From positions 416,001-480,000 of the forward strand of contig CAWKHF010000001.1 in the NCBI GenBank assembly GCA_963849325.1: DNA of 64,000 nucleotides, given 5' to 3'. The first letter of the stretch is position 1. Each line of letters starts with the position of its first letter. This stretch comes from an uncultured Planctomycetota bacterium (GTDB taxonomy: Bacteria; Planctomycetota; Planctomycetia; Gemmatales; Gemmataceae). The position numbers were made by a program, and so were the translations under genes. Below the pieces are notes generated by a model. That model saw only the letters and a program-made list of their open reading frames with translations, searched no databases and was not told the origin of the DNA. Positions 1 to 11,686 of the stretch are shown piece by piece.

Positions 1-1317
1 TCGCGCCGCCGCGTCGCCGTGGCAGGTCTTCGCCGGCGAACACCATCACCACGACAACAACCACAAGCTGAACACGCTGTTCTTGTCACTCTACCCCGTG
101 GGCGTGGGCTGGTGGTGCTACCGTCTGCACTCGTTCGCGGCGGGCCTGGTCGCCGTGGTCCTCGCCATGCGGACGGCGCGGCGGCGCGGCCGCGCCGAGG
201 CCGTGTTCGCCGGCCTGCTCTTCGCCACCAATTACTGGCTGATGCGTCTGTTCCACCGAGGCGCGCGGCTACGCCCTCGCCGTCTGCTTCGCGCTGCTGG
301 CCCTGGATGCGCTGCAAGACTATTTCGCCAGTGGCCGCCGCCGGGCTCCTGCTGTTTTGGGCCAGTGTGATTCTCGGCTTCTCCGCGCACCTGACTTTTC
401 TTCACGCCTACCTGGCGCTGGCCCTGTGGTCGGTGTACCATCTCGCCCGCGGCCGGGCGTCGCCGAGCGACGAGGTCCGGCAGCTGCTGGCCTGCCACGC
501 CGTCCCCGTCCTGTTCTTCGTCGCGCTGTACCTGGTGGACATCCGCCGCATGGACCTGGGCGGGGCGCCGCCCGCGCCGGTATACGTGGTTGTCGGCCGA
601 CTGGTCAGCCTCGGGCTGGGCGGCTCGGACTCGGCGGCGTGGTCCCTTCCGCTGCTCGCGTTCGCCGTCGTCGTCCTCGGTCTCGGCCTGCGTCTGCTGG
701 CGCGCCAGGACCGGCACTCGTGGCTGTTCTTCGCCGTCGCCGTGGTCGGCTCGCCCGCTCTCTTCCTGCTCGGCAAGCCGGTTTATCTCTTCGAGCGCTA
801 TTTCTTGATCTCGTTTGTATTTTTTTTGCTGCTGCTCAGCTACGTCCTCGGCGCGTGGTGGCGACGTTCGCGCGGCGGCGCTTTGCTGGCCGCCCTGGCG
901 GCGCTCGGCATGGTCATCGGAAGCATCGTTCAGGTCGTGGACTTCGAGCGCAGCGGCCGTGGTCACTTTCTCGACGCGCTGGCCTACGTCGAGCGCGAGT
1001 CACCGGCAGGGAAGGTCGATGTGTCGGGCGATTACGACTTCCGCGTCCACAAGTTTTATGATTTCTACGTCCCTTACGTGGACGGCGGCGGCCGGCTCGT
1101 CTACCGCGAACAGAACGCCCTGCCCGCGCACGGGGCGGACTGGCTGCTCGCGCATCGGTTGGACACCCGCCACCCACCGGAGCCGCGCCTGTACGACGCG
1201 GACGGCAACACCTACCAGCGCGTCAAAGACTTCCCGGTCACGGCGTTCGGAGGCTGGAGTTGGTACGTCTATCGGAATGTGCGCATCCGAGCCGCGAGCG
1301 CGACAGCCCCGCGCTGA
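1..1317 (+). CDS. Polytopic membrane protein, GT-C/PMT-like glycosyltransferase (5'-partial, frameshifted)
   Basis: Many hydrophobic helices followed by a soluble C-terminal domain. The N-terminus is split over frames (83..370 and 19..1317). Confidence 0.5.
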   Translation, partial: SRRRVAVAGLRRRTPSPRQQPQAEHAVLVTLPRGRGLVVLPSALVRGGPGRRGPRHADGAAARPRRGRVRRPALRHQLLADASVPPRRAATPSPSASRCWPWMRCKTISPVAAAGLLLFWASVILGFSAHLTFLHAYLALALWSVYHLARGRASPSDEVRQLLACHAVPVLFFVALYLVDIRRMDLGGAPPAPVYVVVGRLVSLGLGGSDSAAWSLPLLAFAVVVLGLGLRLLARQDRHSWLFFAVAVVGSPALFLLGKPVYLFERYFLISFVFFLLLLSYVLGAWWRRSRGGALLAALAALGMVIGSIVQVVDFERSGRGHFLDALAYVERESPAGKVDVSGDYDFRVHKFYDFYVPYVDGGGRLVYREQNALPAHGADWLLAHRLDTRHPPEPRLYDADGNTYQRVKDFPVTAFGGWSWYVYRNVRIRAASATAPR

Positions 1318-1337
1318 CGCTCGCGGCTCGGACGGCC

Positions 1338-2306
1338 CTAACTGACGCTCACCGTCACGCGCCGCACCTGCTTGGCGCAGGCGCCGCGATCGTTCTGACC
1401 GATCACGTATTGCATGCGGTCGCCGACCTTGAGGTCCAGAAAATCGATGCCCACCACGTCCTCGTGGAAGAAGAACATGTTCGGCCCGCCCTGGTCGGGG
1501 ACGATGAAGCCATAACCATTCTTGAGCGCCTGGATCGACCCGGTCAAGTCTCCTCCCTCCCCCCCATTCCCTCGCGGCACGGGAGAGGCGAGGGGCAGGG
1601 GTGAGGGGGACGTCGCCACGGGAGCAGCGGGACGCGCGATGGTCGGACCGAAGGCGAACTCCTTGCGCGGGACAAACAGGCCGTTGACGAGGGGATCCTT
1701 GAACCGCGCTCGGTCCTCGACAATGGGATGCATCATGATGGGATAGGTGACTTCATCGAGCAGCACCTGGGCCGTGCGCGTCTCGCGCTCGATGCCGTTG
1801 TGATCGACGTAGTGAAAGTCCCAGCCGAGGACCATGACGCGCGTGCCGAGCGTGTTCAGCTTGCGGACCAGCGGCAGGAAATCGCCGTCGCAGACGACGA
1901 GGACAACCACGTCGAACCGCTTGTAGATGGCCGTTTCGTAGGCTTCCAGGGCCAGCCAGACATCGATGCCCTTCTCGCCCTCACGTGTCAGGGGCAGGTA
2001 GTGCGTGGTCACGCCCTCGCGGACGAGCACGTCGTCGAAGACGCGCTCCTTGTAGAGCAGATCGCGGTCCTCGGCGTCGGCGGCGCGGAGGCGGCCGCGA
2101 AAGTAGTGGGCGTCCACGATGAGACAGTAGCGCGGGTCCGCCTTTTCGCAATCGGCCACCTGCTGGCGGACGAAGGCGTGCAGTCCGCCGACGCTGACGC
2201 GGGCGCGGCGCTCGTGGTGGTAGTGATAGTAGTTGCTGACGTGAAAAAAGAAATTACCGTCATAAAAGATACCGATACGGGTCAACTTCCCGTCGTTCGC
2301 GGCCAT
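1338..2306 (-). CDS. NYN (LabA/DUF88, PIN-like) domain protein with C-terminal cold-shock domain
   Basis: FYDGNF, EKGIDV and CDGDF NYN motifs; C-terminal GYGFI...FFFH cold-shock RNP motifs. Confidence 0.85.
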   Translation of the reverse strand: MAANDGKLTRIGIFYDGNFFFHVSNYYHYHHERRARVSVGGLHAFVRQQVADCEKADPRYCLIVDAHYFRGRLRAADAEDRDLLYKERVFDDVLVREGVTTHYLPLTREGEKGIDVWLALEAYETAIYKRFDVVVLVVCDGDFLPLVRKLNTLGTRVMVLGWDFHYVDHNGIERETRTAQVLLDEVTYPIMMHPIVEDRARFKDPLVNGLFVPRKEFAFGPTIARPAAPVATSPSPLPLASPVPRGNGGEGGDLTGSIQALKNGYGFIVPDQGGPNMFFFHEDVVGIDFLDLKVGDRMQYVIGQNDRGACAKQVRRVTVSVS

Positions 2307-2399
2307 ACCCACACTCCTGAATGTTTTCGTGGCATTGTCTTCACCGTGTCAGCGGGCGACGGAGCATCCCCGGCAATTTATGGAAGAAAGGGCGTCGCG

Positions 2400-3594
2400 T
2401 CACGGGGAATCGGAACGGATCGAGGCGGCGGCGGATCGGCGGCGCAGAGCGAGATAAGCGAGCAGCAGGGCCGGCGTCATCCAGATAAAGCCGAAGTATT
2501 CGACGCCGCCAGACAGCTGCATCGAGGCCACACCGTTGATCGTCAGGAAAAGGGCAGCGGCGAACCCTTGGACGCCGCGCGCTCCGCGCTGGACCTCGGC
2601 AGCCACCTGCACGAGCGGCACCAGCAGCAAGACGAGATCGAACGGCCAGGCCCCGTAAGCCGCGGTCAGGAGCGACACCAACAGCAGCGGCGGCAGGCGC
2701 TCTTTCCAGTCCCAGGCGGTGCGATGACGCAGCCAGTAGGGTACGAACCACGCCAGACCGGGGAGCATCGCCAGAAATTGCAGGCGAAACCGCTCCTCGC
2801 CCAGCAGCAGGCGCAGCACCGTGCCCAGCGTCGGCGAACGGTACTGTGACGGCGGTTGGCTCGTCCACGTTTGTCCGTATTGGCCCAGCACAGACGGGTT
2901 GAACAGGAAGGCGATACCGAGGGCGCCCACGCCCGCCAGCACCCCTCCGCCGAGCACGGACCAGCGGCGCTCCCGCAGCGCCCAAAGGAGTAAAGCGATC
3001 CAGAAAAGATAAGAAAGGTGGGGTTTGACGGCCAGCAGCACGGTGGCCGCCCCGGCCAGCGCGTCGTGGCCCCGGTCGAGGCAGACGAGGAACAGCACGG
3101 CGCCGAATAGAACCAGCGGCGCGATCTGTCCGGCTGTGAGACTGAACAGCGTCGGCAGGAAAGCGAAGGCGAGCAGCCACGCCAGCCAGCGCCGCGCCGC
3201 GGGACCGCCGTAGAGGCGCCAGAGGGCGTCGGCGCACCAGGCGACGACGGCGAATTGCAGAACCAGCCAGAGTCAGATGCGCCGTGCGGCAGTCGAGCAA
3301 CCCCAGCGGCATGACCAGCGGCAACGTCCACGGCGGGTTCCACATGAGGATGCCTTCGCTGGTGCGGCCGGCCTCGTGTTCCAGCTGCTGGACGCGCTCG
3401 GGATCGTAGGGGTTGTCGCCGTGGACGTTGAGCCGGCCGGCCGCCCAGTATTCGACGAAGTCGTGCAGCGGCAAGGCGGGCCAACCGCGCGCCGGGTCGC
3501 CGAGGGGAACCAGCAAGACAAGGATCGCAATGGTCAGACCGAGAACCAGCAGCCGGAGACGCCGCGCCGGATGCGCCGCGAGGGGTTGGGACAT
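2400..3594 (-). CDS. Glycosyltransferase family 87 (DUF2029)-like membrane protein, frameshifted
   Basis: DFVEYWAAGRL...NPY, WNPPW and KPH motifs across ORFs 2341..3594, 2666..3661 and 2400..3098. Confidence 0.75.
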
Positions 3595-3625
3595 GGGGAG
3601 ATTCTCTTTGCGCGGTTTCCAGACG

Positions 3626-3687
3626 GGCGAGCGGGGGTGTAAGCCCCCTGTTGAGCGCCAACAGGGGGCTTACGCCCCCCGCTCGCC
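3626..3687. repeat. REP-like intergenic palindrome
   Basis: gcgagcgggggtgtaagccccctgttg...caacagggggcttacgccccccgctcgc forms a long inverted repeat. Confidence 0.7.
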
Positions 3688-3758
3688 CGGTTCACGCCAA
3701 GCATAGGTCACGCCTCTCCGTAGGCACAAACTCGCCCCGCATGACCTATCCTTGTGCT

Positions 3759-5241
3759 ATGCGAGCGATTGCGTGCTTCTCCCAGCTGATCCGCGTCCTG
3801 TCGCTGCTGTGCGCCGTCGTCCTGCTCGTGTCGGCGGCGGTGCGCGCGGTCGTCCACCTGCGCGACCTGAGCGGCATCCAGCACATCGCCGGCATCTGGA
3901 TGGCGCTGGCCCAGTACGGCAACGCCGGCGTCCTGTACCCGCCGCTGGAGGCGGACGGCTTCTACGCCGGCACGCGCTACATGCCGCTGTGTTTCGGACT
4001 GATCGCCGGCCTGGTGCGAATCGTCGGCGATTACGTGGTGGCGGCGAAGCTGATGGCCCTGGCGTCGATGGTGCTGCTGCTGGCCGGCGTCTTCGTCGCC
4101 GTGCGACGCCTCACCGGCCGCGCGCTCGACGCCCTCCTCCTGACGGGGTTGGTACTCGCCTCGCCCGAGGCGAGGACGGCGCTGCTGTCGCCGCACGCCG
4201 ACGCCCTGGCCGCGGCCCTCACCTTGGCGGGCTTGTTGCTGATCGATCGTGGCCGGGCCGGCCTGGCGGCGCTGCTTTTCACGGCGGCATTGATGACCAA
4301 GTTCAGCGCCATCGCCGGGCCGGTCGCGGCCGGCGTCTTCCTGCTTCGCCATGACCGCAAGCGTGCCCTGGGACTGCTTCTCTCGTGGTTCGTCCTGACC
4401 GCGAGCGGACTGGTGCTGCTCGAACACTTCAGCGACGGCCGCTTTCTCGATAATTTCCGCAGTCTCGGCTCCGGCGGCATGAGCCTCGACAGCATCCGCA
4501 TCGGACCCGCGCGCGTCGCCTTCGCTCTGGGGCAATCGTTGCCCTTCAGCGCCGTCCTCGCGCTGGCCGTATTCGCGCTGCTCGGCGCGGCCGCGAACAC
4601 AGCTTGGATCTGTGGGACGGATACTTTCTCGCCACGGCCGCGGTCACGCTGGTCATCTTCACTTCGCCCGGCACCGGACTCAACCATCTCCTCGAACTGG
4701 AGGTCGCGGCCGTGCTCGTCGTCGCCCGGCTGTTCGCCCGGCAGTCCGGCAACGCGGCGATCACTCACCCTCTGCTGGAACCAGCGGCCGGACTCGTCGT
4801 TCTCGGCGTGCTCCTGGCAGGGACGTATGAAAACGTGAAAGCGTTCGATTCCTCAGCAGCAGGGCCGGGGATTGCGGGCGGAACCGTGATCGAGGCACTG
4901 CCGCCGGATGGCTCCCTCCTCGCGGAAGACGCCACGGTGCCGGTGCTGCTCGGCCGGCGTCCGGTGGTGATGGACCCGTTCGCCTTCCGCGTCCTGGCCG
5001 AACGCGGACGGGTAGACGACCGCCCGCTGGCCGGACGCATCGCACGCAGAGAGTTCGATGTGCTCGTGTTGATGGGCGCGTGGATCAACCCGGCGAAAGT
5101 CTGTGTCCGCGTTTTCATTTCGGGCCGCGCGTCACGGCGGCCATGCAAGAGGCGTATCGCTTCGACCGTCAGGTGGGGCCGTATTCTCTGTTCGTGCCCG
5201 ATGACCGAGGGCGACTTAGCGCTCGCCGCCCGGAGCGCTAA
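3759..5241 (+). CDS. Integral membrane protein (GT-C-like), frameshifted
   Basis: Hydrophobic ORFs 3651..4838 and 4604..5632 joined by frameshifts; YPP and YMP motifs. Confidence 0.55.
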
Positions 5242-5253
5242 GCCGTCAGCGGC

Positions 5254-6499
5254 TCAGAATTGCAGCTGGAGCCGGCCCAGGCGCTCCACCGTCTCCTCCA
5301 TCAGGGCATCCTCTTCCGCCTCGTTCTTGGCCAGGTACGTCACCGAGAAGCGCAGGTACGGCCCGGCGTCGTCCCACGGCACGCAGCAGACCGACTGCTC
5401 GGTGATGAGGAACTGCGACGCCTCCTCGGCGTTGGCGAACGACCGGCCCGCGCAGCCGCTGCGGCGCACGGACGTAGAGGAAATAGGTGCCCGCTCGGCA
5501 TCTTCGCCTGGAAGCCGACCTGTCGCAGAGCGGCGACCAGCTTGTGCAGACGGCGGCGATACTTCTCGCGGACGCCGTCGGCGATCTCGGGATGCTCCAG
5601 CGCCGCTCGCGCCGCCTGCTGGATGGCCATGAACTGTCCCGAATCGCAGTTGTCCTTCACGTCGGCGAACGCCTGCACGATCTTCGGATGGCCGGCCACG
5701 AACGCCATGCGCCAGCCGATCATGTTGAAGCCCTTCGACATCGAATGGATCTCGACGCCGACCTCCTTCGCCCCCTCCACTTGCAGGAAGCTCAGCGGCG
5801 GGCCGTCGTAGCTGAGCAGGATGTGGGCGGCGTCCTGCACGACGACGATCTGGTTGGTGTGGGCGAAGTCGATGACGCGGCGGTAGAAGTCGCGCGTGGC
5901 CACGGCGCCGGTCGGGCTGTTGGGGTAGTTGAGGACCAGCAGCTTCGCCCGGCGGCGGACGTCGGCGGGGATCGACGCCAGGTCGGGATAGAAGCCGTTC
6001 TCCTCGCGCAGCGGCAGGTTGTAGACCTCGCCGCCGTAGTAGGCCGTGTGCGTGCCGGCGACGGGATAGCCGGGCACGGTCATCAGCGTGACGTCGCCGG
6101 GGTTGATGAAGACGGCCGGCAGCATGGCCAGGGCCGGCTTGGAGCCGATGGCGTGGTTGATCTCCGTGGCCGGGTCGAGCGTGACGCCGAAGACTTTGCT
6201 GCATGAAGCCGGCGGCGGCCTCCTTGAAGGCGGCGATGCCGTTGTCGGCGTAGCCGCGGTTTTCCAGCTTGTCCACCTCGCGCCTTGAGCACGTCGCGCA
6301 CCAGCGGATCGGCCATGTCGTCGTTCTCGCCGATGCCGAAGTCGAGCAGACGGCGCTCGGGATGGGCGGCCAGGGCGGCCCGCTTGGCCCGCTTGATCTT
6401 CTCGAACTTGTAAATCTTGGTGCCCTTGCCGTAGTTGGCGCCGCCGATGCGTTCGGCGAACAGCGACTGGAACCAGGGATCGGCCGGTGCGGTGCTCAT
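5254..6499 (-). CDS. dapL: LL-diaminopimelate aminotransferase (PLP class I), frameshifted
   Basis: YKFEKIKRAK N-terminus, NYPNSPTG, DAAH, SMSKGFNMIGWR (PLP lysine) and DSGQF; three frames needed. Confidence 0.85.
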
Positions 6500-6511
6500 G
6501 GTCGTCCAAGT

Positions 6512-6601
6512 AGGGGTCAGGGGTCAGGGGTCAGAAGTCAGATTAGGAAGCAAAGGATAGATGACCAGTCGCTGACCCCTGACCCCTGACCCCTGACCCC
6601 T
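6512..6601. repeat. Heptamer tandem repeats (AGGGGTC)n / (GACCCCT)n in inverted arrangement
   Basis: Directly visible. Forms a long hairpin in the dapL / sigma-factor intergenic region. Confidence 0.75.
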
Positions 6602-6728
6602 ACTCGATTCGATTTTTTCCGACGAGTGACTACCCCGGCCTTCTCGGCGTGGGTAAAATGGATGATTGAAGGAAATGAGTGAGGATGCCGCCCTGCCCCC
6701 AGGCAACTTCTCCGTAGAGGAGACCCAC

Positions 6729-7357
6729 GTGGCCCTGACCAATCTGGACCGCGATTTGCTGAAGCGATGCCTCGCTCATCAGCCCGGAGCGTGGAACGAT
6801 TTCGTCGATCGCTTCCTCGGCCTGATTTACCACGTCGTCCATCACACCGCCCATCTGCGCAGCGCGCCGCTGCGGCCCGAAGACACCGAAGACCTGGCCG
6901 CCGAGGTGCTGCTGCAAATCGTCGCCCACGATTACGCCGTCCTCCGCCAGTTCCGCGGCAACAGCAGCCTGGCCACTTACCTGACGGTGATCGCCCGCCG
7001 CATCTGCGTCCACGAATTGTCGCGCCGCAGCGCCGGCCGCGAAGTGCAGCCCGGCCCGGCCCATCCGGACCTCAACGAGGTCGAGGCCGACGATCTGCCG
7101 CGCACGCCCGGCCTGGAGAGCCTGGAAGAAGTCGAGAAGCTGCTCAGCAAACTGCCCGGCCGCGAGCGCGAGGTGGTCCGCCTGCACTACATCGAGGGCC
7201 GCTCTTACGAGGAGATCAGCACGGAGCTGAAGTTCCGGTCAACAGCATCGGCCCCATCCTGTCGCGCGCCCGCAAGAAGCTGCGTCAGAATGCAAAGGCC
7301 GCGCCGCCGGCGCAGCGTCCCGTCGAACCGAAGCGCGATACCGAACCACAAGCGTAA
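6729..7357 (+). CDS. ECF RNA polymerase sigma factor (frameshift near 7232)
   Basis: AWNDFV...EDLAAEV region 2, SLATYL, LPGREREVVRLHYIEGRSYEEI region 4. Confidence 0.85.
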
Positions 7358-7365
7358 CCATAACC

Positions 7366-7436
7366 TGAGCGGGCGAGCGTCAGCCCCCTGAGCTTATCGT
7401 CTCGATACACTCAGGCGGCTGACGCCCTCCGCTCAG
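7366..7436. repeat. REP-like palindrome or terminator between convergent genes
   Basis: tgagcgggcgagcgtcagccccctgag...ctcaggcggctgacgccctccgctca. Confidence 0.6.
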
Positions 7437-7447
7437 GCTCATGTAAC

Positions 7448-8369
7448 TCAGCGCTGATACGACGGAGCACTGGCTCCGGCGCGCTGCACTCCGGGACCAT
7501 CGAGCATCCGCGAGGCCAGGTCAAACGTCTGATACGTCAGTCGGTTGCGTGTGAAGACCAACTCGGCCTTCCGCGGGTCCATCTTGACGATCTCGACGCC
7601 GTTGAGTTGCAGCTTCATCTCGATCTTCTGGCCCGGCCAGGTGAAGAGGATCTCTTGCGGCCAGACGGTATTCGTCGTGCGCTCCACTGCACCCGGCGGA
7701 CGTTGGCCTGGCAGATGACCGTGCCCTTGGCGTCGCGGAGGACGTAGGCGATCACCTGCGGCGCCGGCGGCGCGGCTTCCGTGCGGTTGAACACCGTCAC
7801 CTTCTGGATCGGCTGGCCCTGCGGCGAGGTCGCCGACTCGATCAGCTCGATATAATTCTTCTCCGCCTTCAACTCGTACTTCTTGGCCGGATCGTACTCG
7901 GCCAGGCCGAGGGCGGCGACGACCATGTCGGGCTGGAAGGGGAAGGGAATGTTGGCGCCGCGGGCCAGGGCCTCGTAGGAGCAGTGGAACAGGTGCGGGC
8001 GGCTCGTTCTTGCTGATCCAGTACCAGAACTCCTTGTCGTTGGAGCCGATGTCCACGGCGGGCTGGCTGAGTACCTGGGCCGTCAGACGGAAGTTGCGCG
8101 GCTTCTGGCACATCATCCGGCCGCCCAGGCCGACCGACTGGCCGTTGGCCTTGGCGTCGATGGCCAGGTTGTTGCATTGCAGCGCCTCGCCATCGCCCAG
8201 GCGTTTGCGCGCTATCGTTGAGGTACTGCACCAGCTGCGCCGTCGTCGGCAGCTGTTGATCGGTGACGGCAACGCGCGGCGCGCCGTCGCGCCGGTGCGG
8301 CGAGACGACGTTGCAGCCCACGGCCACCAGCAGGACTGCCACGGCGATACCGGCGATGATTGAACGCAT
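7448..8369 (-). CDS. Hypothetical exported lipoprotein (frameshifted)
   Basis: Signal peptide with VAVGC lipobox; KPRNFRL and DIGSNDKEFWYW segments in overlapping frames. Confidence 0.55.
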
Positions 8370-8404
8370 GAACGTCCCCTGATCTCTGCCCGAAGGCGTG
8401 GAGG

Positions 8405-8889
8405 CTACTCCCAACCGAGCGCCTGGAACACGTCGTCCTGAACCGTCGCCAGTTCCTCGTCCGTGAGGCCCGGATTGACCACCGCGTGGCGGGCGCCGCT
8501 CCGGGTGCAGCGCATCGTGAGCACTTCGTCGGGACCGTCCTGCCGGGCCTGCTCGAACTTGAGCCGGCGTCGCCGCATCAAGAGCAGGGCGACGACGTAG
8601 CGGAAGCGGACGCGGCCCGGCTCCAGCTGGCCTTCCAGACGCTGAAAGCACTCCATCAGCATCTCATCGTCGATCGGCTGCCGTCGCTTGCCCTGCGGCG
8701 GCGTGAGCCGGCCCATCCAGAAGCTAAAGGCGCCGTCCGGGCGCCCTGCCAGGCTTCGACACTGTAATCCTTGCGGACGAACTTGCCGTCCTCTTCCATC
8801 AGGACGCTGTAGTAGCGTTCGCCCGGCCGCAGCTCGCGCCCGCTGGCACAGCAGCGGCGGGTGCTGGGCTGGATCTGATAATCGATCAT
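8405..8889 (-). CDS. Conserved hypothetical protein (frameshifted)
   Basis: MIDYQIQPSTRRCC... joined to ...RFRYVVALLLMRRRRLK... across a frameshift near 8750. Confidence 0.55.
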
Positions 8890-9049
8890 GTCCGTGTCCT
8901 CCTGACCGCGGGACCGCAGCAGGAAACCGGCCGCAACCAATCGTATCGGCGCCGGTCAAGTTCCGGCAAGAGACAAGGGGGCCGACCCCTCATTTTACGG
9001 ATGGCGATGGTGCCGGCCCTAGCGTTTGGCACGAATCTACCGCTTGCGC

Positions 9050-10549
9050 TCAGCGCCGTTGTGGCGTCGGCGGCAGGGACACGCCGATCGGCAGCCAGCG
9101 CTTCAGCTCTTGCAACACTTCGCTCGGCGTCTCATGGCCCCAGCCGAGATAGGCGCCGCGGACGATGTTGGAAGCGTCGAGCAGGACCATCTTGGGCGTG
9201 GTCTCGACGCCGAAGCTGCCGCGCAGACCGCCGGCGCTGAGGACGGGGAACGTCAACCCCATGTCGGCGTGCTGCCGACGCACGGAGTCGGCATCCTCCG
9301 AGACGCACATGCCCACCACGTTGATGCGCTGGGCGTAGGTGATGAGCAGCTGCTGGGCGTAGCGGAGCACGACTGGCGTCGTCGCCGAGGCCGGGTGATA
9401 AAAGACAAGCAGGACCGGCTTGCCGGTCCAGCGGCGCAGCTGGGCGGTGCCTCCGGCGGTGAGGTTGCTGGCGATGAAATCGGGGGCCAATTGACCGGGC
9501 GTGGCCACGGCGGGCGTCGTCTTCGCCTCGCGGACCGGCTCGGGCGGCGTCTCGCCACGGCGGGCCGCCTCGGCTCGCCGTTTGATCTGGAGAATGGCCG
9601 GCCGATACGGCGTGTCCGGCTGATTGTCCAGGTGCAAGTCGATCTTCTTGAGCAAGGCGGTCAGGTGCGGACCATAGCGGGCCGGCTGCGTCAGCATCGG
9701 CTCCAGCGTGGCGCGGAAGGCCAGCGCCTGCGCGATCTCGCGCCGCCGCGTCTCGCCGGTCTCTCCCGACAGCTGGAAACTGCTCTCCATCTCCAGGCGC
9801 AGCAGGCTCCGCTGCGTCGGCTCGCGCTGGGCCGGCTCGCGCTGACGGATGTCGCGTTCGACGCGGTAGGCCAGGCCCAGGTGCGGCACCAACCAGACGG
9901 TATCCTGGCGGTGCCAGGCGATGCGATCGGCGCGCGGCCGATCCCAGTCGTCGGACTTTTGCTCGCCGATCAGCTTGAGGCAGTTGTTGCCGCCGACCAT
10001 CTCCATGCCGGCCGCTCGCCACAACAACGGCGGCCGATCACCCTCGGCGGCCGGCCATTCCTGACCGACGCAGACGCGCCCGCCCGGCAGGGCGACGAAG
10101 GCGCCGCCTTCGAGCGTCGGCGCTCCGTCCAGCGGCACGAGGACATCGACGCCCCGCTCGGCCGTGAGCTGGCCCTGCAAATCGACGCGGGCGCGTTCGA
10201 GCCGGACGGAGGCGGCCGGCATGTCGCCGCTCAGCGGCGGCTCGCCGGAGCCGGGCCGATGCTTGAGGATGGTGAGCAGGGCCACCTCGGCGCCGCCCGG
10301 CGGCGTGTCCAGCACGAAGACGCGCGTCTCGATGCGGTAGGAGCGACTGAACTGCACACGGCCGCCTCGGGCCTCCTCGCTGAAGGTGCCGCGATAGACC
10401 AACTCCTGCGACCGGCTCAGACGTGGCACGAGCAACCAGTCGCCGCCGACCGCCGGCCGGGCCGCCGACAGGCCCGGCGGCGACTGCGGCCGGGTCATCG
10501 TCTGTCCCGGTAGCAGGACGCAGCCGAGCAGGTACAGGGTCGCTACCAT
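9050..10549 (-). CDS. Exported protein with C-terminal redoxin (TlpA/AhpC-like) domain lacking CxxC
   Basis: APDF...GKPVLLVFY...FGVETTPKMVLLD thioredoxin-fold pattern; short signal peptide. Confidence 0.65.
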   Translation of the reverse strand: MVATLYLLGCVLLPGQTMTRPQSPPGLSAARPAVGGDWLLVPRLSRSQELVYRGTFSEEARGGRVQFSRSYRIETRVFVLDTPPGGAEVALLTILKHRPGSGEPPLSGDMPAASVRLERARVDLQGQLTAERGVDVLVPLDGAPTLEGGAFVALPGGRVCVGQEWPAAEGDRPPLLWRAAGMEMVGGNNCLKLIGEQKSDDWDRPRADRIAWHRQDTVWLVPHLGLAYRVERDIRQREPAQREPTQRSLLRLEMESSFQLSGETGETRRREIAQALAFRATLEPMLTQPARYGPHLTALLKKIDLHLDNQPDTPYRPAILQIKRRAEAARRGETPPEPVREAKTTPAVATPGQLAPDFIASNLTAGGTAQLRRWTGKPVLLVFYHPASATTPVVLRYAQQLLITYAQRINVVGMCVSEDADSVRRQHADMGLTFPVLSAGGLRGSFGVETTPKMVLLDASNIVRGAYLGWGHETPSEVLQELKRWLPIGVSLPPTPQRR

Positions 10550-10680
10550 CGAGTCCCCGACGGGTAAAAGATAGAGGATGCGCCAACCACGCCGCGAGGC
10601 AACGTCCCCGATGCGGAGGCGGATTATAACAAGGGGCCTTTCTCCCACAAGCGAGGTTTTGCCGAGCCGCGGATGTCTTT

Positions 10681-10780
10681 CTCCCCTCTCCCCCGCTTCG
10701 GGGGAGAGGGGTAGGGGGTGAGGGGGAGACGCTGCCCCCTCACCCCCTACCCCTCTCCCCCGAAGCGGGGGAGAGGGGAG
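10681..10780. repeat. Composite REP-like palindrome (CCCCTCTCCCCC...GGGGAGAGGGG family)
   Basis: Two nested inverted copies; related sequences at 1551-1610 and 48700-48733. Confidence 0.75.
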
Positions 10781-10897
10781 TAAACCGCGCAAACGCCGGC
10801 AAAGCATTGACGCGGGCAGACGGGGCAGGCAGGATAAGAGCGACCCGACCCACCCAGGCAGCGGCGGGTCTCGACCTTCATCCTTGCGGAGTGGCGC

Positions 10898-11686
10898 GTG
10901 CTCAATCTTATCCTGATCGTGCTGGTAGTGTGGGTCGTGCTGATGGTGCTGCTGGCGGCGTGGACGTTGTTCTTCCAGGGCTACATTTACAGCGAGCCGG
11001 CCAGTGCCCTTCACTGGCGCGCCCCCGCCGCCGGCACGGCCCTGATCGTCTTCGTGCTGATCTGGCTCGTGTTCGATTACCGTAGCATCGTCGACCGCGG
11101 CGACGAGGGTCGCTATCAGCCGCTGCACAACTTCAGCACCTCCGAGACGGTGACGTATCAACACCTGTGGATCATCAATCGCGACGGCAAGGAGGAGCAC
11201 TACGAGCGTCGTGGCAACCAGTATGTGCGCAAGGACGGGCGAACGCTGCCGACACGGCCGAGCAAGATCGTGGCCGCCCAGCAGGTCAACGGCGACAAGC
11301 ACGTCTTCGAGCCGGAGCGCGACGCCAAGGGCAATTTCAAGGTCGAGAAGGAGCAGCCGCTGCGCTACTACGATCAAAGCAACAAGTCGCGCTACATGGA
11401 CGAATCGTCTCTCGGCCAGGTCAGCATCTTTCACTTTGGCTGGCTGCTGCTGAACCTGGTCCTGAACTTCGGCCTTCTGGTCGTGTGGTTCGTGGTGCTG
11501 TGGTTGTTGCTGCGCTTCCAGTGGCCGCACGCGCTGGGATTGGCGGTCGTGTTCTGGTTGGTCATGCTGCTGTTCGTGATGCCGCCGGTACTCAAGCAGG
11601 CCGAGAATGTGCGCAAGGAGCGCCTGCCGGCGAAGACGACGGCGACGGCGCAAGCCGCTTGCAGCTTAGCGTTCGGAGACACCTAG
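10898..11686 (+). CDS. Hypothetical membrane protein
   Basis: 262-aa ORF with about four TM helices and host-like codon use. Confidence 0.7.
   Translation: MLNLILIVLVVWVVLMVLLAAWTLFFQGYIYSEPASALHWRAPAAGTALIVFVLIWLVFDYRSIVDRGDEGRYQPLHNFSTSETVTYQHLWIINRDGKEEHYERRGNQYVRKDGRTLPTRPSKIVAAQQVNGDKHVFEPERDAKGNFKVEKEQPLRYYDQSNKSRYMDESSLGQVSIFHFGWLLLNLVLNFGLLVVWFVVLWLLLRFQWPHALGLAVVFWLVMLLFVMPPVLKQAENVRKERLPAKTTATAQAACSLAFGDT

Noticed and set aside
10550-11653. N-terminal extension of the 867-aa ORF 9050..11653
   Set aside because: It is antisense to the membrane-protein gene and runs through a REP palindrome; the real start is probably 10549.
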